DNA of 63,375 nt, filler included, from Octopus bimaculoides (GCF_001194135.2; 5 parts of 4 records of this genome joined end to end with filler, not necessarily neighbours in it), one strand, 5' to 3'. Counted from the first letter of the whole stretch, positions 39,520 to 51,575 are shown. Program-made: numbers and translations. Notes: generated from the letters alone by a model not told the origin.

Positions 39520-39730
39520 CCTTTACGAACCATAGATTGATAGTACCAGTTTCCATGGCGTATATATTCCCTGCGTGGACGGGACGCCGATCCGTCGCAA
39601 GATTTTTCCTTTTTGCCAGCTGAGTGGACTGGAGCAATATAAAATGAAGTGTTTTACTCAAGAACACCACGGTCAAGGAATTGAAACCACAATCTTCCGA
39701 TCATAAGTCCAACACCATAGTTAACTGGCT
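39520..39730 (-). mobile_element. CORE-like tRNA-derived SINE (family D), degenerate
   Basis: gctgagtggactggagcaatataaaatgaagtgttttactcaagaacac; homologous to 44460-44510. Confidence 0.65.
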
Positions 39731-40093
39731 CCCAAATCAACCCTAGTTAATCAAGCTTATAATCAAAGACATTCCAGTTGTAACCATCCTTTCTGTCTTC
39801 TTCAGATATAAATTATGTAAATTACATATTTAAAGTATGCTTCTTTTATTTCAGATGATATTTGCAAGACTTGTCAGATACGACCACGGGGCTACTTTTC
39901 CGTTGCTCTACTGAAAACGATAATAATTAGATACGAAAACATAACGAGAATGAGAATTTACAGCTCAGACTAAGAGGGCAAAACTTATAGCGAACAAAAC
40001 AAAAACCTCAATACCATTCCGGTTTTCTTTAATCTACTTTGGTAAACAGAAGAGTAAACAGAAAAGATATCGCTATATGCTTCTCCTTCATGT

Positions 40094-40130
<37 letters not shown>

Positions 40131-40628
40131 CACACATACACACGTTTTATTACAATAAACAACGACACATACTAACACTATTGTTCTTCTTATAGTGGAT
40201 CTAAGTCAACAAATGAAACTAACCGCCAGTCATATAGACCAGCTGTTCAATTAATATATTTATTACAATCAGTTTTATCTAATAATTCTTCATCAGTGAA
40301 ATCTCATCCCATCTGTCACTGTTTACTAATACACACATCCTTTATCCCAAACACTCTGAAGATGGCTAGTGGTATGACCGACAGCTCACTTCTTTTACTT
40401 TCGGATATCCATTGATTTCTTATATTAATCAGGCAAACCGTTAGGGCGGACGACAGGAACAATTTGACTTTAAATTAACCAAAAAACATGGCGGTCATGT
40501 GTACAATCAACCCGTAACAACGAAAAGCTGTACTGTGTGTGTGTTTGTCTGTGTATAGGTGCATGCGTATGAATGTGTGAGTTCATGTGCGTGTGTGTGA
40601 GTTCATGTGCGTGTGTGTGTGTGCGTGT

Positions 40629-40717
<89 letters not shown>

Positions 40718-40759
40718 AGCAACGCGCTTCTCTGCGTGTTTAAATAAGTGTATATGTCT

Positions 40760-41110
40760 CTACGAGTACAATATGTCTGGGATGTACCCAAATCGCCAAG
40801 AGTCCAATGTCTGGATCTGAGATCCATTTATTATATCTTATACTTGATGTTCTGCTATAAGATTGTGTTGATAATGGTGAGTTCATGTCTCGCACTGAGA
40901 GGAAGATGTCTGCTGCTATTGCTCACATTCATCACTCAATCACAGTTTTTTCATCCCTATCAATGTTTGCCATAAAATCTCCCACATCCAGTTTAAACAG
41001 TTGTTTGTGTAAGCAAAACGAGAAAGTTTCATCGCGAATGTTCAAAATGCTTGTTTTTAAAGTTACAACATTTAATTTCCCTGTAATACAAAAATTGCAT
41101 CAACTGTTGC
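40760..41110 (-). mobile_element. RTE/BovB-like LINE endonuclease remnant
   Basis: VGDFMANIDRD...VRHELTIINTIL*QNIKYKI**MDLRSRHW matches the RTE EN pattern LGDFNARVGRD...EHELTITNT.F...KYKTTWMHPRSKHW. Confidence 0.7.
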
Positions 41111-41209
41111 CTCGTCCTTGCTTTTAATTATGATATTCCAGTACATAGGCTTTATACTATATTAGACAAAGACACTGCGTGTATATACATACCTATGCAC
41201 ATATATATT

Positions 41210-41241
<32 letters not shown>

Positions 41242-41348
41242 TGTATGTATGTATGTATGTATATTACAATGTATGCTGCTAGTGATTTGCTAGCATCATT
41301 ATTATTATTATTATTATTATTATCATTATTATTATATGCGTGTGTATA

Positions 41349-41448
41349 NNNNNNNNNNNNNNNNNNNNNNNNNNNNNNNNNNNNNNNNNNNNTTAATTAA
41401 TTAANNNNNNNNNNNNNNNNNNNNNNNNNNNNNNNNNNNNNNNNNNNN
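41349..41448. other. Artificial scaffold linker N44-TTAATTAATTAA-N44
   Basis: Exact 100-nt pattern. Confidence 0.95.
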
Positions 41449-41502
<54 letters not shown>

Positions 41503-41789
41503 CATACACATACACATATATACAAACATATATACACATACATGTGCATATGTACATAACATATATGTATAGATAAATAGACAGACATACAGACAGATAG
41601 ATAAACAAATACATAGATAGACAGATAGACAGATAGATAGATGGATGGATGGACAGACAGACAGATAAACAAATACATAGAGAGACAGACATACAGACAG
41701 CAACACACACATATGCACATACATTGATGGGTGTTGATTAATCAACATGGTCACAGCTCACTTGTTTATTTCGTAATAATAATAATAAT

Positions 41790-41997
41790 AATAATAATAA
41801 TCCTTTCTATTATAGACACAAGGCCTGAAATTTTGGGGGAGGGGATGGGTCGATTACATCGACGCCAGTGCGTAACTGGTACTTAATCTATCGAACCTTG
41901 AAAGAATGAAAGGCAAAGTGGACCACGGTGGCATTTGAACTCAGAACGTGGTGACAGACGAAACGACGCTAAGCATTTCGTCCAGCGTGCTAACGAT
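41790..41997 (-). mobile_element. SINE family B with (AAT)n tail
   Basis: Collinear with 56439-56656. Confidence 0.85.
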
Positions 41998-42259
41998 AAT
42001 AATAATAATAATGTACGTCTATTGAACACGAAGGATTTACATCAAGAAAAACATTATAGACAGTACAAGACAAAGACAAAGAATGTGTGTGTGTATGTGT
42101 GTGATTGTGTGCTGTGGTGAGGGTTTTGCGTGTAAACAGGTTTAACGTAATAAAAATGAACTGATTCAACAATATATAATAATGATGATGATGATTTCTT
42201 GATTGACCACAAAGGGTTTATATTAAGAAAACCAAGGAGAGTACAAAACAAAACAAAGA

Positions 42260-42294
<35 letters not shown>

Positions 42295-43357
42295 TGGGTG
42301 TTATAGTGAGGGTTTTGTGTGTGAATGAGATTAACATCATGGGAGAAAAATAATAAGAGACTGGCCTTTAATAATACTTCGTTCTTTAAGACAGAACCAG
42401 CGTAAATAATCTTGTATCTTTCGATGGATCCCTTTTCGTGCAAGAAAAAATTAACTGCAATCGGTAGGAAGCTTCCAACGGTCATATTATTGGAGGCCAG
42501 TAAACTGCTCGTTCTTTCTTGATAGCAGACATTTACTTCGAAAGAACTGGTCTGGCCTTTATGGGCCATATTTTAGTACAGTTGTTGTACAGGTGAGAGA
42601 TTAAGTTGATTTGAGTCTTGCTTTCCGTGGGAAAGCACAAAGCATCGAAGTTTCGGCAGATGCCCGTTTACGTGTTTATGTCATTGAAGGGAAAAATTGT
42701 GTAAGAGTTGGCTAAGAACGTAGAGTTGTGTCCCTTGTTGTGCCGCTTCCTTGTCAACAGACTTGAGTCTATGAATGTAATCTTTGACACATCCTGGAAG
42801 TGATGCAGAAGGTGCAGGCGACACAAGGTGGATACTTCTAGAAGAGGAGGAGGGGAGTGGGTAAAAATATGTAGAAGGTAGACTGCTGAGGGCTGTTCCA
42901 AATCACACACTAGGCCGCTGTAGATCAAGGTCAGTCCTGAGTGAGCAGACTAATGATTAAAGATGTTCCACTTTTGCGTATTCTGCCTTTTATATGAAGT
43001 ATGAATGTATGTAATATATGTGAGTGTATATCTATATACGTGTGTGTGTATCTGTATATGTGTGTATGTATCGTCGAGCAGTATATATTACACAATATGA
43101 CTCAATATTATCATCGATTTCGCGCCGTATATGCAGTATACGTGTGTGCGTGGGTGTACGTGTGTAAGTACACAGCCTGCTGAATTTTTTTATATTTTTA
43201 GGATAGTAATGTGCGATTTGTCTGTTTCTAAGCATTTGAACGTCCGCCAATATGCTCTTAGCTGATTCGTTGCCGCTGATAATGACGTCTCACTACCGTC
43301 ACACAGTCAAAAAACTGTCCAATGTTCTGTCTGATAATGAATCAATTATTTAAATTG

Positions 43358-43573
43358 ACAGAGTCGTTCGCGCGCTGGACAAAATGACTAGCGTCTTGTC
43401 TTCGGTTGTTTACGTTCTAAATTTAAACGCAGCCGATATCGATTTTACCAGTCATCCCTTCGTGGTAGATAAAATAAGTACCAGTTACACACTGGAGTCA
43501 ATGTAATCGACCTGACCCCTCCCGCCAAATTTCAGGTCTTGTACCTATAGTAGATAGGATTATTATTATTATT
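43358..43573 (+). mobile_element. SINE family B, diverged
   Basis: gataaaataagtaccagttacacactggagtcaatgtaatcgac...aaatttcaggtcttgtacctatagtagataggattattatt. Confidence 0.8.
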
Positions 43574-43790
43574 GGGTGACCATGGCAAAAATGATTAGAG
43601 TGAGTGGCCCAACTCTAAGTATGCACCTAATACATTCGAGAGCATGGTTGATTTTGGTGGTCAGGATAATCCTGGATCTGTGGTGTTCCTTCATTGACCC
43701 TAACTGGTGTTTCTCCTGTATCAGGAGGACTGGATCTTTCATGTCATCCCATACTTTTGTATATCATGTATACTTTTATTGCCCTTCACC

Positions 43791-43884
43791 GACTTTTCCA
43801 TTTCTTTCTCCCCATCTTTTATGTAAACCCTCACACAGACTTTTCCATTTCTTTCTCCCCATCTTTTATGTAAACCCTCACACA
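43791..43884. repeat. Perfect 47-bp tandem duplication
   Basis: gacttttccatttctttctccccatcttttatgtaaaccctcacaca occurs twice in tandem. Confidence 0.95.
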
Positions 43885-44239
43885 AATTGTTGCCTGTTCT
43901 TGCAATGTCCTCGTCAGTTATGCCCCCATTATTATCATTAAGACTTTGCCTTTCATCCTTTATATATTATCCCAACTGGATAATTTAACCCTATATACTC
44001 ATTATACAGAGAGAGAGAGAATTTTTGAAGTGATGTACAGATATTGTATATTTAGAATGATACAGTAGTCAGAATGTTGGATGATTATATTTTTTATTTA
44101 CATTTTATTTACACTTTTAGCGCTTTCTTCCGTTATTGGATTTATTAAAATGTGGTTTAAAGTTAAGTTTCTTGGCCTTTTTATATATAAAAAAATTGTG
44201 GGGTTTGCCAAGCAAGGGAGAAGAAAAAAGGAAAAAATT

Positions 44240-44575
44240 TTTGAGAAGGAGGGAGAGGTAAAGAGGTGTGGTTTTTGCATTGGTATGGTCAGACCATGGA
44301 ATTGCACCTAGGAAGTCTGGACAAGGTTGCTTATGGAAGACCAGCAGTCACCTGTGCATATCAGCCTCCCCTTGCCATACCACCGATGTTATCCAGGGGA
44401 AAGGCAAAAGGCTGACACAGCTTGGCACCAGAGACATCACAACTCATTTCCACAGCGAAGAGTGAGCTGGAGCAGCATGAAATAAAGTGTCTTGCTCAAG
44501 AACACAAACATATAACCCAGTCTGGGAATCAAACTCATTACCTCATGATTGTGAACCATTGAGTCATGTGCCTTC
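44240..44575 (-). mobile_element. CORE-like tRNA-derived SINE (family D)
   Basis: Minus-strand head ggcacatgactcaatggt...gagtttgattcccagac; core gagtgagctggagcagcatgaaataaagtgtcttgctcaagaacac. Confidence 0.7.
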
Positions 44576-45396
44576 TAGTGTTAAATATATCTTCTAATTA
44601 GGATCTGTATGGTGACTCACTATGTGAGACCTGAATGATAAAACAGACCATGTCAGCATAATCATCCATTCATGGAGCATTCATTAATTAGTCTACCACA
44701 CTTACATCCTCTCAGCGACAGGACGCTGTTCCACATCATAGTTTTCCTTCTGCTTTGTAATCAACCTCTCAGTCCTTACCAGGATCTGTTTCATATTTCC
44801 TCGTTGAGATTTCATTAACAATGTAACAATATTGTTGTAATGACATTAAGTATATCAAATATCATCATCCTCATCTTTCAACCTTTATACTGGCATGAGT
44901 TGGGTGGTTGTTAAAAAACCTGATGGATGCATGGCGTGTGTCATGTTCTAAGGTCTGCTTCTAAGCACCAACCTTCTCGCAGTGCTTTTCTTTCGTTTCT
45001 TTGTGGCACCAGTACCAGTGAGGTTGCCATGCAGCTCACAACACTCAGAACCCCTTCATCAAACTGGAACTACAGTAAATAAAGGTAGCTTTAGAAAGGG
45101 TCAAACAGGTTCCTTACTGCTTTAACAGCTAGAGAAGGGTTAGGGTTAGGGTCACTGTGGTGGGGCTGGAAAGGTGGAGAAGAAGTTTGAGGGGGAGGCA
45201 GAGAAGATGCAAGAAGAGGAATAGAAGTGAGTGGAGACTGAAGAACACTAATACTACAAAAAGAGACAAATCCCTTCACACAATTTAAAGCTGAAGAATC
45301 TATTAGAATAGATGAAAATATGTGATTTGTAAAAACATGACATCTTAATAAATATTTGTATATATACAACCATCCAGATCTCTGAATACCTTATTT

Positions 45397-45446
<50 letters not shown>

Positions 45447-45447
<1 letters not shown>

Positions 45448-45616
45448 GATGGGCTTCTTTCAGTTTCTGTCTGCCAAATTCACTCACAAGGCTTTGGTTG
45501 GCCTGAGGCTATAGTAGAAGACACTTGCCCAAGGTGCCACACAGTGAGACTGAACCCAGAACCCTGTGGTTGGGAAGCAGGCTTCTTACTGCACAGCCAC
45601 ACCTATACCTACGCCT
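45447..45616 (-). mobile_element. SINE family A, 5' half
   Basis: Near-identical to 5305-5470. Confidence 0.85.
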
Positions 45617-46103
45617 GTGGAGTTAAGCTGAATACATATGATATCAACAAATGAAACCATATGGAAAAGATATTGTATTACTTTAAGAGTGCTTGTTTAG
45701 TGTTCCTCTAAGGTTACAGGAAGAGTTTTATATTTTGCAGTAATGAAAAAGAAAATAACCACATTATTCTGGGAAATGTGTTGTTATCTGCAGGCTGATC
45801 TGTTCAAAAGTTTTTGCAAAGCTTTATTGATAGTGATATCTCGTTAATGTTAACATTGACACGGGAACTGGAGGAAGTGAAGGCCGAATGTTAGATATAA
45901 AAGTGCCAATCAATTACATTAAATAGCTAATAAATGATAATTAAATCATCAGTTTGGTTTGATTAAGCATATCCTATCTTGCCTAATGAGAGGAAGTATA
46001 TTGCTAATATGTGTGTGTATGTGTGAATTTTTTTTTTTTATTTGTTTAAACCATTTGACTGTTGCCATGCTGGGAATTTTTAATCACTTGAATCAACTCC
46101 AGT

Positions 46104-46345
46104 ATCATCATCACCATCGTTTAACATCTGCCTTCCATGCTGGCATGGGTGGGACGGTTTGACAGGAGCCAGCCAGATGGAAACCTGCACCAAACCTCTG
46201 TGACTGTTGTCTGGATTTTTCCAGCTGGATGCCCTTCCTGACACCAACCACCCCGGGTCAGTTTTGGCAAAGTTTTTACAGCCGGTTGACCTTCCAAACG
46301 CCAACCACTTTACAGTGTGGACTGGGTACTTGTAAGAGGCATATA
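46104..46345 (+). mobile_element. Interspersed repeat family C (SINE/LINE-tail-like); related copies at 44865-45065 and 62690-62775
   Basis: catcatc..catcgtttaac.tc.gc.ttccatgctggcatgggt.ggacgg motif shared by three loci. Confidence 0.7.
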
Positions 46346-46466
46346 TACGGGTGTGCACGTAAATCAAATTTATGGAAAACAAAAGACGAAGACAGGTAAA
46401 GAAACAAACAAATCTTTGCAGGAAATAATTTACAACCAATAACTAAATATGTGTGAAAAAGAAAAT

Positions 46467-46472
46467 TTTATT
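46467..46472 (-). promoter_or_regulatory. Candidate polyadenylation signal (AATAAA) of GEMIN7
   Basis: AATAAA on the minus strand about 42 nt downstream of the stop codon. Confidence 0.5.
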
Positions 46473-46513
46473 GAAATAAAAAACAAATCAAGAGAAATTT
46501 TTGCGGAAGTAAT

Positions 46514-46792
46514 CTAAGTCTCTTCCATATTTAGTCTGAACGAAAGAATGTCATTTGTACGTAACAGTGCATGAGGCAACGTTCCTATTGGTGTTTGTAG
46601 ATCTCGCACCATGAGGTTCTCAAAGTTAAGGTCGGCTAATAATAGTTTACCGGATACTATGTTATTTTCTTGCATGATTAAATCTGCATGGTTGCCATCT
46701 AATGCCAGTAGGAAACGAAGGAACCGTTCTCTGAGGAATGCTCTGTCGGACTGTTGTTGCTCCTCTTCTTCTTCCTTAGTTAATTCTTGCAT
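46514..46792 (-). CDS. GEMIN7: Gem-associated protein 7 (SMN complex, Sm-like fold), 92 aa from the ATG at 46792
   Basis: MQELTKEEEEEQQQSDRAFLRERFLRFLLAL...NFENLMVRDLQTPIGTLPHALLRTNDILSF matches the Gemin7 hallmarks RA.LRER.LR.L and LQTPIG....ALLR..DI.S. A strong acceptor (ttttttctttcttttttgtag) lies 2 nt upstream of the ATG. The 31-aa N-terminal extension in the ORF track is intronic; an upstream coding exon cannot be excluded. Confidence 0.9.
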   Translation of the reverse strand: MQELTKEEEEEQQQSDRAFLRERFLRFLLALDGNHADLIMQENNIVSGKLLLADLNFENLMVRDLQTPIGTLPHALLRTNDILSFRLNMEET

Positions 46793-46827
46793 TGCTACAA
46801 AAAAGAAAGAAAAAAACGATTCAAATA

Positions 46828-47028
46828 TACAGCCTTGGCCAAAAGTATTAGACCACCCCAGTGTTTTGGGGTTCTGCAATCTCAATGTTTAATGAAACTC
46901 GTGCACATGGTAGCGTATGGTACATTTCACAATATACATTAGTTTTAATATCTGGTTGACCCTCCTTTAGCATCAGTGACCGCTTTTATACGTTTAGGCA
47001 TTGAATCAACTAGTTTCTTGCAGGTGTC
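46828..47028 (-). mobile_element. Tc1 right-end fragment (terminal repeat plus last 27 codons) inside the GEMIN7 intron
   Basis: DTCKKLVDSMPKRIKAVTDAKGGSTRY* at 47028-46945; TA-cagccttggccaaaagtattagaccacc terminus at 46828-46858. Confidence 0.85.
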
Positions 47029-47523
47029 GTAACAAAAAAAAAGGGTGGGGGGGGGCAGAAGTCTTGCCCAGATTATGATCTATTTGTTTGGCATTTAATC
47101 GTTTTGAGTCTCAAACTTGTTTGTTTCCCTGTGTGACAGCACGTGTTGTCAACTGTAAACACATGGAATATTATCGCTGATACGGCTTGTTCGACGCACA
47201 TACATACATATCTAATTTCTGTATGTATGTGTGTGGAATGAAGATAACAATGTTGCATTTTAAATTTTGAGAAGAAAAGCTTTGCATATTTATAATGTGC
47301 AAGTTATGAACGTACGTATGTATGTATGTATGTATGCATGCATGTATGTATGTGTATGCGGCTAACAATATTTGTATTATTTGTAGATATAAGAGAAAGA
47401 GAGAAGGATTGGGAAAACCCAAAAGGAATTATGGGAATAGAGAAACAAACAATGCTTGAATGAAGATAAAGTATAAAGTTAAAAGGTTGAGTGGATAAAT
47501 GACGCCCTGTTATCATTACTTAC

Positions 47524-47700
47524 CATAAACTTATCTCTGGGATATTCCCATTGGTATATTACTAGCTTTCACTTTTGCTGTGTTTTCCCTCTAAATTTCA
47601 GTTTTCAATTAGGTCTGTTTTCTTTAACCTGTATTTGCTGCAATTAGCTTCGCATTTTCAAAACATTATCGAGAAACAAGTGCGACCGAATATTTATCAG
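47524..47700 (-). other. Candidate non-coding 5' exon of GEMIN7
   Basis: Nearest strong donor ATG|GTAAGT at 47524/47523 gives a 729-nt intron to 46795; no frame upstream is open; the 5' boundary is a guess. Confidence 0.4.
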
Positions 47701-48290
47701 AGGGAGTAACTCGGAACAGCTTAGTCTGAGATATCTAAAGCAAGGGAGACTATAAAAAATAGAGAGTTCCACATGCGTTGAAGCTAATAAGAGATATTCG
47801 CTGTGGCCACTCTTTTTTGCTAGAAATAACAACCAAAATCTCTATCAAATCAAACCATAACATCATTAAAATTAAATTAAAAAATAAAGAAGGGCACATA
47901 GAACACTGTAGGGATCTTTTCTATTTGGCTTTCACTTAAAATGTTCAAAGCCAAACAGAAAAGATTTTTTTCTTTCTTTTTAACTGTGTCGTCTGTTTTG
48001 TCCAGTTTTCTAATTTAATTTCGTAAAACTATTGAGCATTATCGAAATAAAAAATTTTGATAAAACAGAGAAGACAATTGAAAAAAAAATTAAAAAGAAA
48101 AAAGTCAAAACGATTCACCACCTTAGGTTACAAAGTCGGGGGCGAATTCCTTTGCTCATTTCATAATTACGTAAACTATGCAAAACGCGGCTTTTGAGAG
48201 TTATTTCCCTTGCAACGTAAACGAACTTGAAGGATATAATATATATGTCCGTCTTTTTTCATTCTTTCTCCGTTTTTCCCCCTCTAAATA

Positions 48291-48326
48291 CTTTCTGTCG
48301 AAAAGTGTAGGCTCGAAACGTCAAAG
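48291..48326 (+). ncRNA. Degenerate minimal hammerhead-like motif (U6 core variant)
   Basis: CTTT-CTGTCGA-A-aagtgtaggctc-GAAA-CG-TC-AAAG; stem I CTTT/AAAG, GTC triplet, damaged stem II. Confidence 0.55.
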
Positions 48327-48648
48327 ACTTTTCCATTCTTCCCGAGCGTTAATCTGATACACCTGCTTGTTTTGTTTTCTGTAAATTTGAACTATATTTG
48401 TATGCACACACACACACGCATGCACGCACAAACACACACAGAGTAATAACAAGAATTTTGAATGGAAATTCGTAAAGTTCTCGTTATTACTGCATTCATT
48501 GTATGCTATACCAGCATCAGACTAATAACCATTCCATACAATTACTCTATAAGATGGGAATAATAAGCGTGGCCAGAATAAATAGCATAGCAGCTTTTTA
48601 TGAACACACTTAAAAATGTTTCACATAAACGAACTTAAAGGATATCTA

Positions 48649-48681
<33 letters not shown>

Positions 48682-49169
48682 NNNNNNNNNNNNNNNNNNN
48701 NNNNNNNNNNNNNNNNNNNNNNNNNNNNNNNNNNNNNNNNNNNNNNNNNNNNNNNNNNNNNNNNNNNNNNNNNNNNNNNNNNNNNNNNNNNNNNNNNNNN
48801 NNNNNNNNNNNNNNNNNNNNNNNNNNNNNNNNNNNNNNNNNNNNNNNNNNNNNNNNNNNNNNNNNNNNNNNNNNNNNNNTAATGGAAGTTTTTCCTTATA
48901 TATGTGAGAAAGGTTCACAACAGAGAAGCTTTCTGCTTAAGCACTAATCAGCTCTCTGCGTGTGAGGATAGGGTCCGTGTGTGTGTGTGTGTGTTTTATG
49001 TGTTGTGTTAGGGAGGAAAAGTTAATTTTTGTATTTAATAACGTGAGCAGAGTTACGCCCCTTGTCTAAAATAGTCAACTGTAGTGTGTGGGAGGGTGTC
49101 GGTGCGTGTGTGGGAATGGGTTTTCTTTCATTTTTTTTTTTTTTAGTGATGAGCTTTCTATTTCCCCCT

Positions 49170-49330
49170 TTACGGTTTCTCTTGTTTCTTAAGCCCTGCG
49201 CGTCCGATAAAGCATCGGTCATCGACGACTCTTCTCCATTGTTCTTGACTCTGGACTGTATTTACCTTCCCCAGAATTTTTTCAGTATGAATTGTCACCG
49301 ATCCTTCTGTAACTTAACTTGTTTTTGTAG
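49170..49330 (-). mobile_element. Possible RTE LINE 3' end
   Basis: NTVQSQEQWRRVVDDRCFIG resembles the RTE terminal AQDR..WRR.VD.LC motif. Confidence 0.4.
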
Positions 49331-49399
49331 GTAGAGACCTAAGTCCTATGCAAGTTCATTTTTACGTCTGAAAGAGTTGGTCCATATTAGTCCGGCCTC

Positions 49400-49960
49400 T
49401 ATCCTTTAACCTGCCCAGCATTTGAGGCTCTAACAGGAGGCTTGCACTCTGCTGGCATATATCTCAAAGTCATTGAAGAACACAACCCACCATACAGCAA
49501 CAAAGAACGGAACCATGTCGTGGTCTTTGATTACTCATGTTCATCCGTCGGAGCGATGAGGACCATCTACTCATCGTAAAGATGACTGATGACTGCGCTA
49601 TTAAACCTCACTCTCTCGTCCGTAGCCATTTTCAGACCAATCACAGGTGACTGGGGCTGGAAACGGATGCAGTGGGTGACCGAGACGTTTTACTTGCATC
49701 TTCAGACTCTCTGCAGTCTGCAGTACGTTGTCGCAGCCGCCTTCCTCTCCGTTGAACCCTGGCGGTTCCATCCACAGAGTCTGCCGAATCCAGCCTTCGC
49801 ATGCATAGCTAGGCAAGCTCTAACTCAACAAGGGTTACATACGCTAACCCCGTCGACACTCACCAAAATCCCAATGCATTCGTAGAGGAAGCAATCCCTG
49901 ATGAGTCATCGGTTACAGACGAAGCCGATCAACTCATTCCTTATTCCAATCTGCCAAAAG
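49400..49960 (+). mobile_element. Possible degenerate Penelope-like 3' region followed by a hammerhead-like motif
   Basis: Weak AIFR...DW(K) and ESAF-like traces, then CTGATGA-GTC...GAC-GAAG-CCGATC at 49898-49930. Confidence 0.35.
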
Positions 49961-51274
49961 AAAGCACCGTCATTGAGAGCACTGTGGTTGGAAACACGAG
50001 GCCTAAGTTCACACCAAGAATAAATATATCTTTAATCATTTAAATATACCTTTTCATGCTGTTAAACATACGCATATGTCTTTATCTACAAGTCTATTTT
50101 TATCCTGTGTCGCTGTATTTGGAAGTCAAAGAATTCCTGTTTGAGTAGGAGTGGAATGTATGGAGTGGAATGTATGGAGAGTGAAAACTCACATGTTGAG
50201 GTGTGCGTATATGTATATGTATATGTGTGTATGTATGTATGCATGTATCTGTATATATATATANNNNNNNNNNNNNNNNNNNNNNNNNNNNNNNNNNNNN
50301 NNNNNNNNNNNNNNNNNNNNNNNNNNNNNNNNNNNNNNNNNNNNNNNNNNNNNNNNNNNNNNNNNNCTGTCTGTCTATATGTGTGTTTGTATGTATGTAT
50401 GTGTGTGTATGTATGTATATATATATATGTGTGTGTGTGTGTATTATATATTTACATACACATACACTCATACATACATAAGTGTGTGTAAATCTAAATC
50501 AATCTATTTATTTGTCTGTCTGTCTATATGTGTGTTTGTATGTATGTATGTGTGTGTGTGTGTATATCCGGTTTATATCAGTCTATCTTTCTTGCACTTT
50601 ATCTCCTTGTATGCCTGTATGTGTTTGTGTGTACGAGTGTGTGTGTGTGTGGAAAAGACACTGAGTTTGTATCGCCAATGCTTCCAGGGTGTTTGTGATT
50701 TCGCTGTCTTGTTTGGCGAGGTTTAACGAATAAATAACGACAAAAGAAAACACAAAGACATTAAAACCATTTTATAGCTGATTTACCGGTTGGATAGACG
50801 GCAGCTTAAGTTTGAACAAACATCAACGATAGAAAAACTGTTGGAACAATCTTTAACTCCTATAATACACGGATGAACAATAGGTTTTTATAAGCACGTA
50901 TACACTGCCGTTTAATAATAGACAGAATTATTTGACCTCTCACAAGACTCTACACGTTTCTGCCATTTGTTGTTTAAAGCCGTACTTCTTTTCTTGGCGC
51001 GGACATCCCCGTCCCTTTTGAGTTTCATTCGTCGTCCAAGACATGAACGTGTAAGAATGGAGTTCAGCCGGTACCTCGAAAAGAGAACCGGTGGGGCCTG
51101 TACGGGCCACTCATTAAAAGGAAGAAGAAAAAAAGAAACTCTTAGTTCCTTCCTCTATTAAATTTTGAGAAGCCCTTTCTCTAACATTGGGGCCCGAAAA
51201 GCAGTCTTGTTCCGTTTCCTAAAATTTCTGTTGGAGGCCTTGTCTGTGATAATACTCTCTAATCTACAGATCAG

Positions 51275-51575
51275 CCGATCAAAGCCTTGTGAATGGATTT
51301 GGTAGGCGGAAACCGAAAGAAGCCCGTCATACGTATATATATATGTATGTGTGTGTGTGTATCTTTGTATCTGTGTTTATCCCTCACCCCACATCTTGAC
51401 AATTGGTGTTGGTATGTTAGCGTCCGCGTAACTTAGCGGTTCAGCAAAGAGACTGATAGAATAAGTACCAGGCCTTAAAAAATAAATACTAGGGTCGATG
51501 CATTCGACTAAAAAATTCAAGGCGGTGCTCCGGCATGGCCGCAGTCTAATGATTGGAAAAAGTAAAAAGAAAATA
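51275..51575 (+). mobile_element. SINE family A, 5'-truncated
   Basis: Collinear with 52452-52838. Confidence 0.85.

Noticed and set aside
46793-46885. N-terminal extension MRLQNPKTLGWSNTFGQGCIFESFFSFFFVA of the GEMIN7 ORF
   Set aside because: It is encoded by the Tc1 terminal repeat and the intron's polypyrimidine tract; a canonical acceptor lies at 46795-46796.
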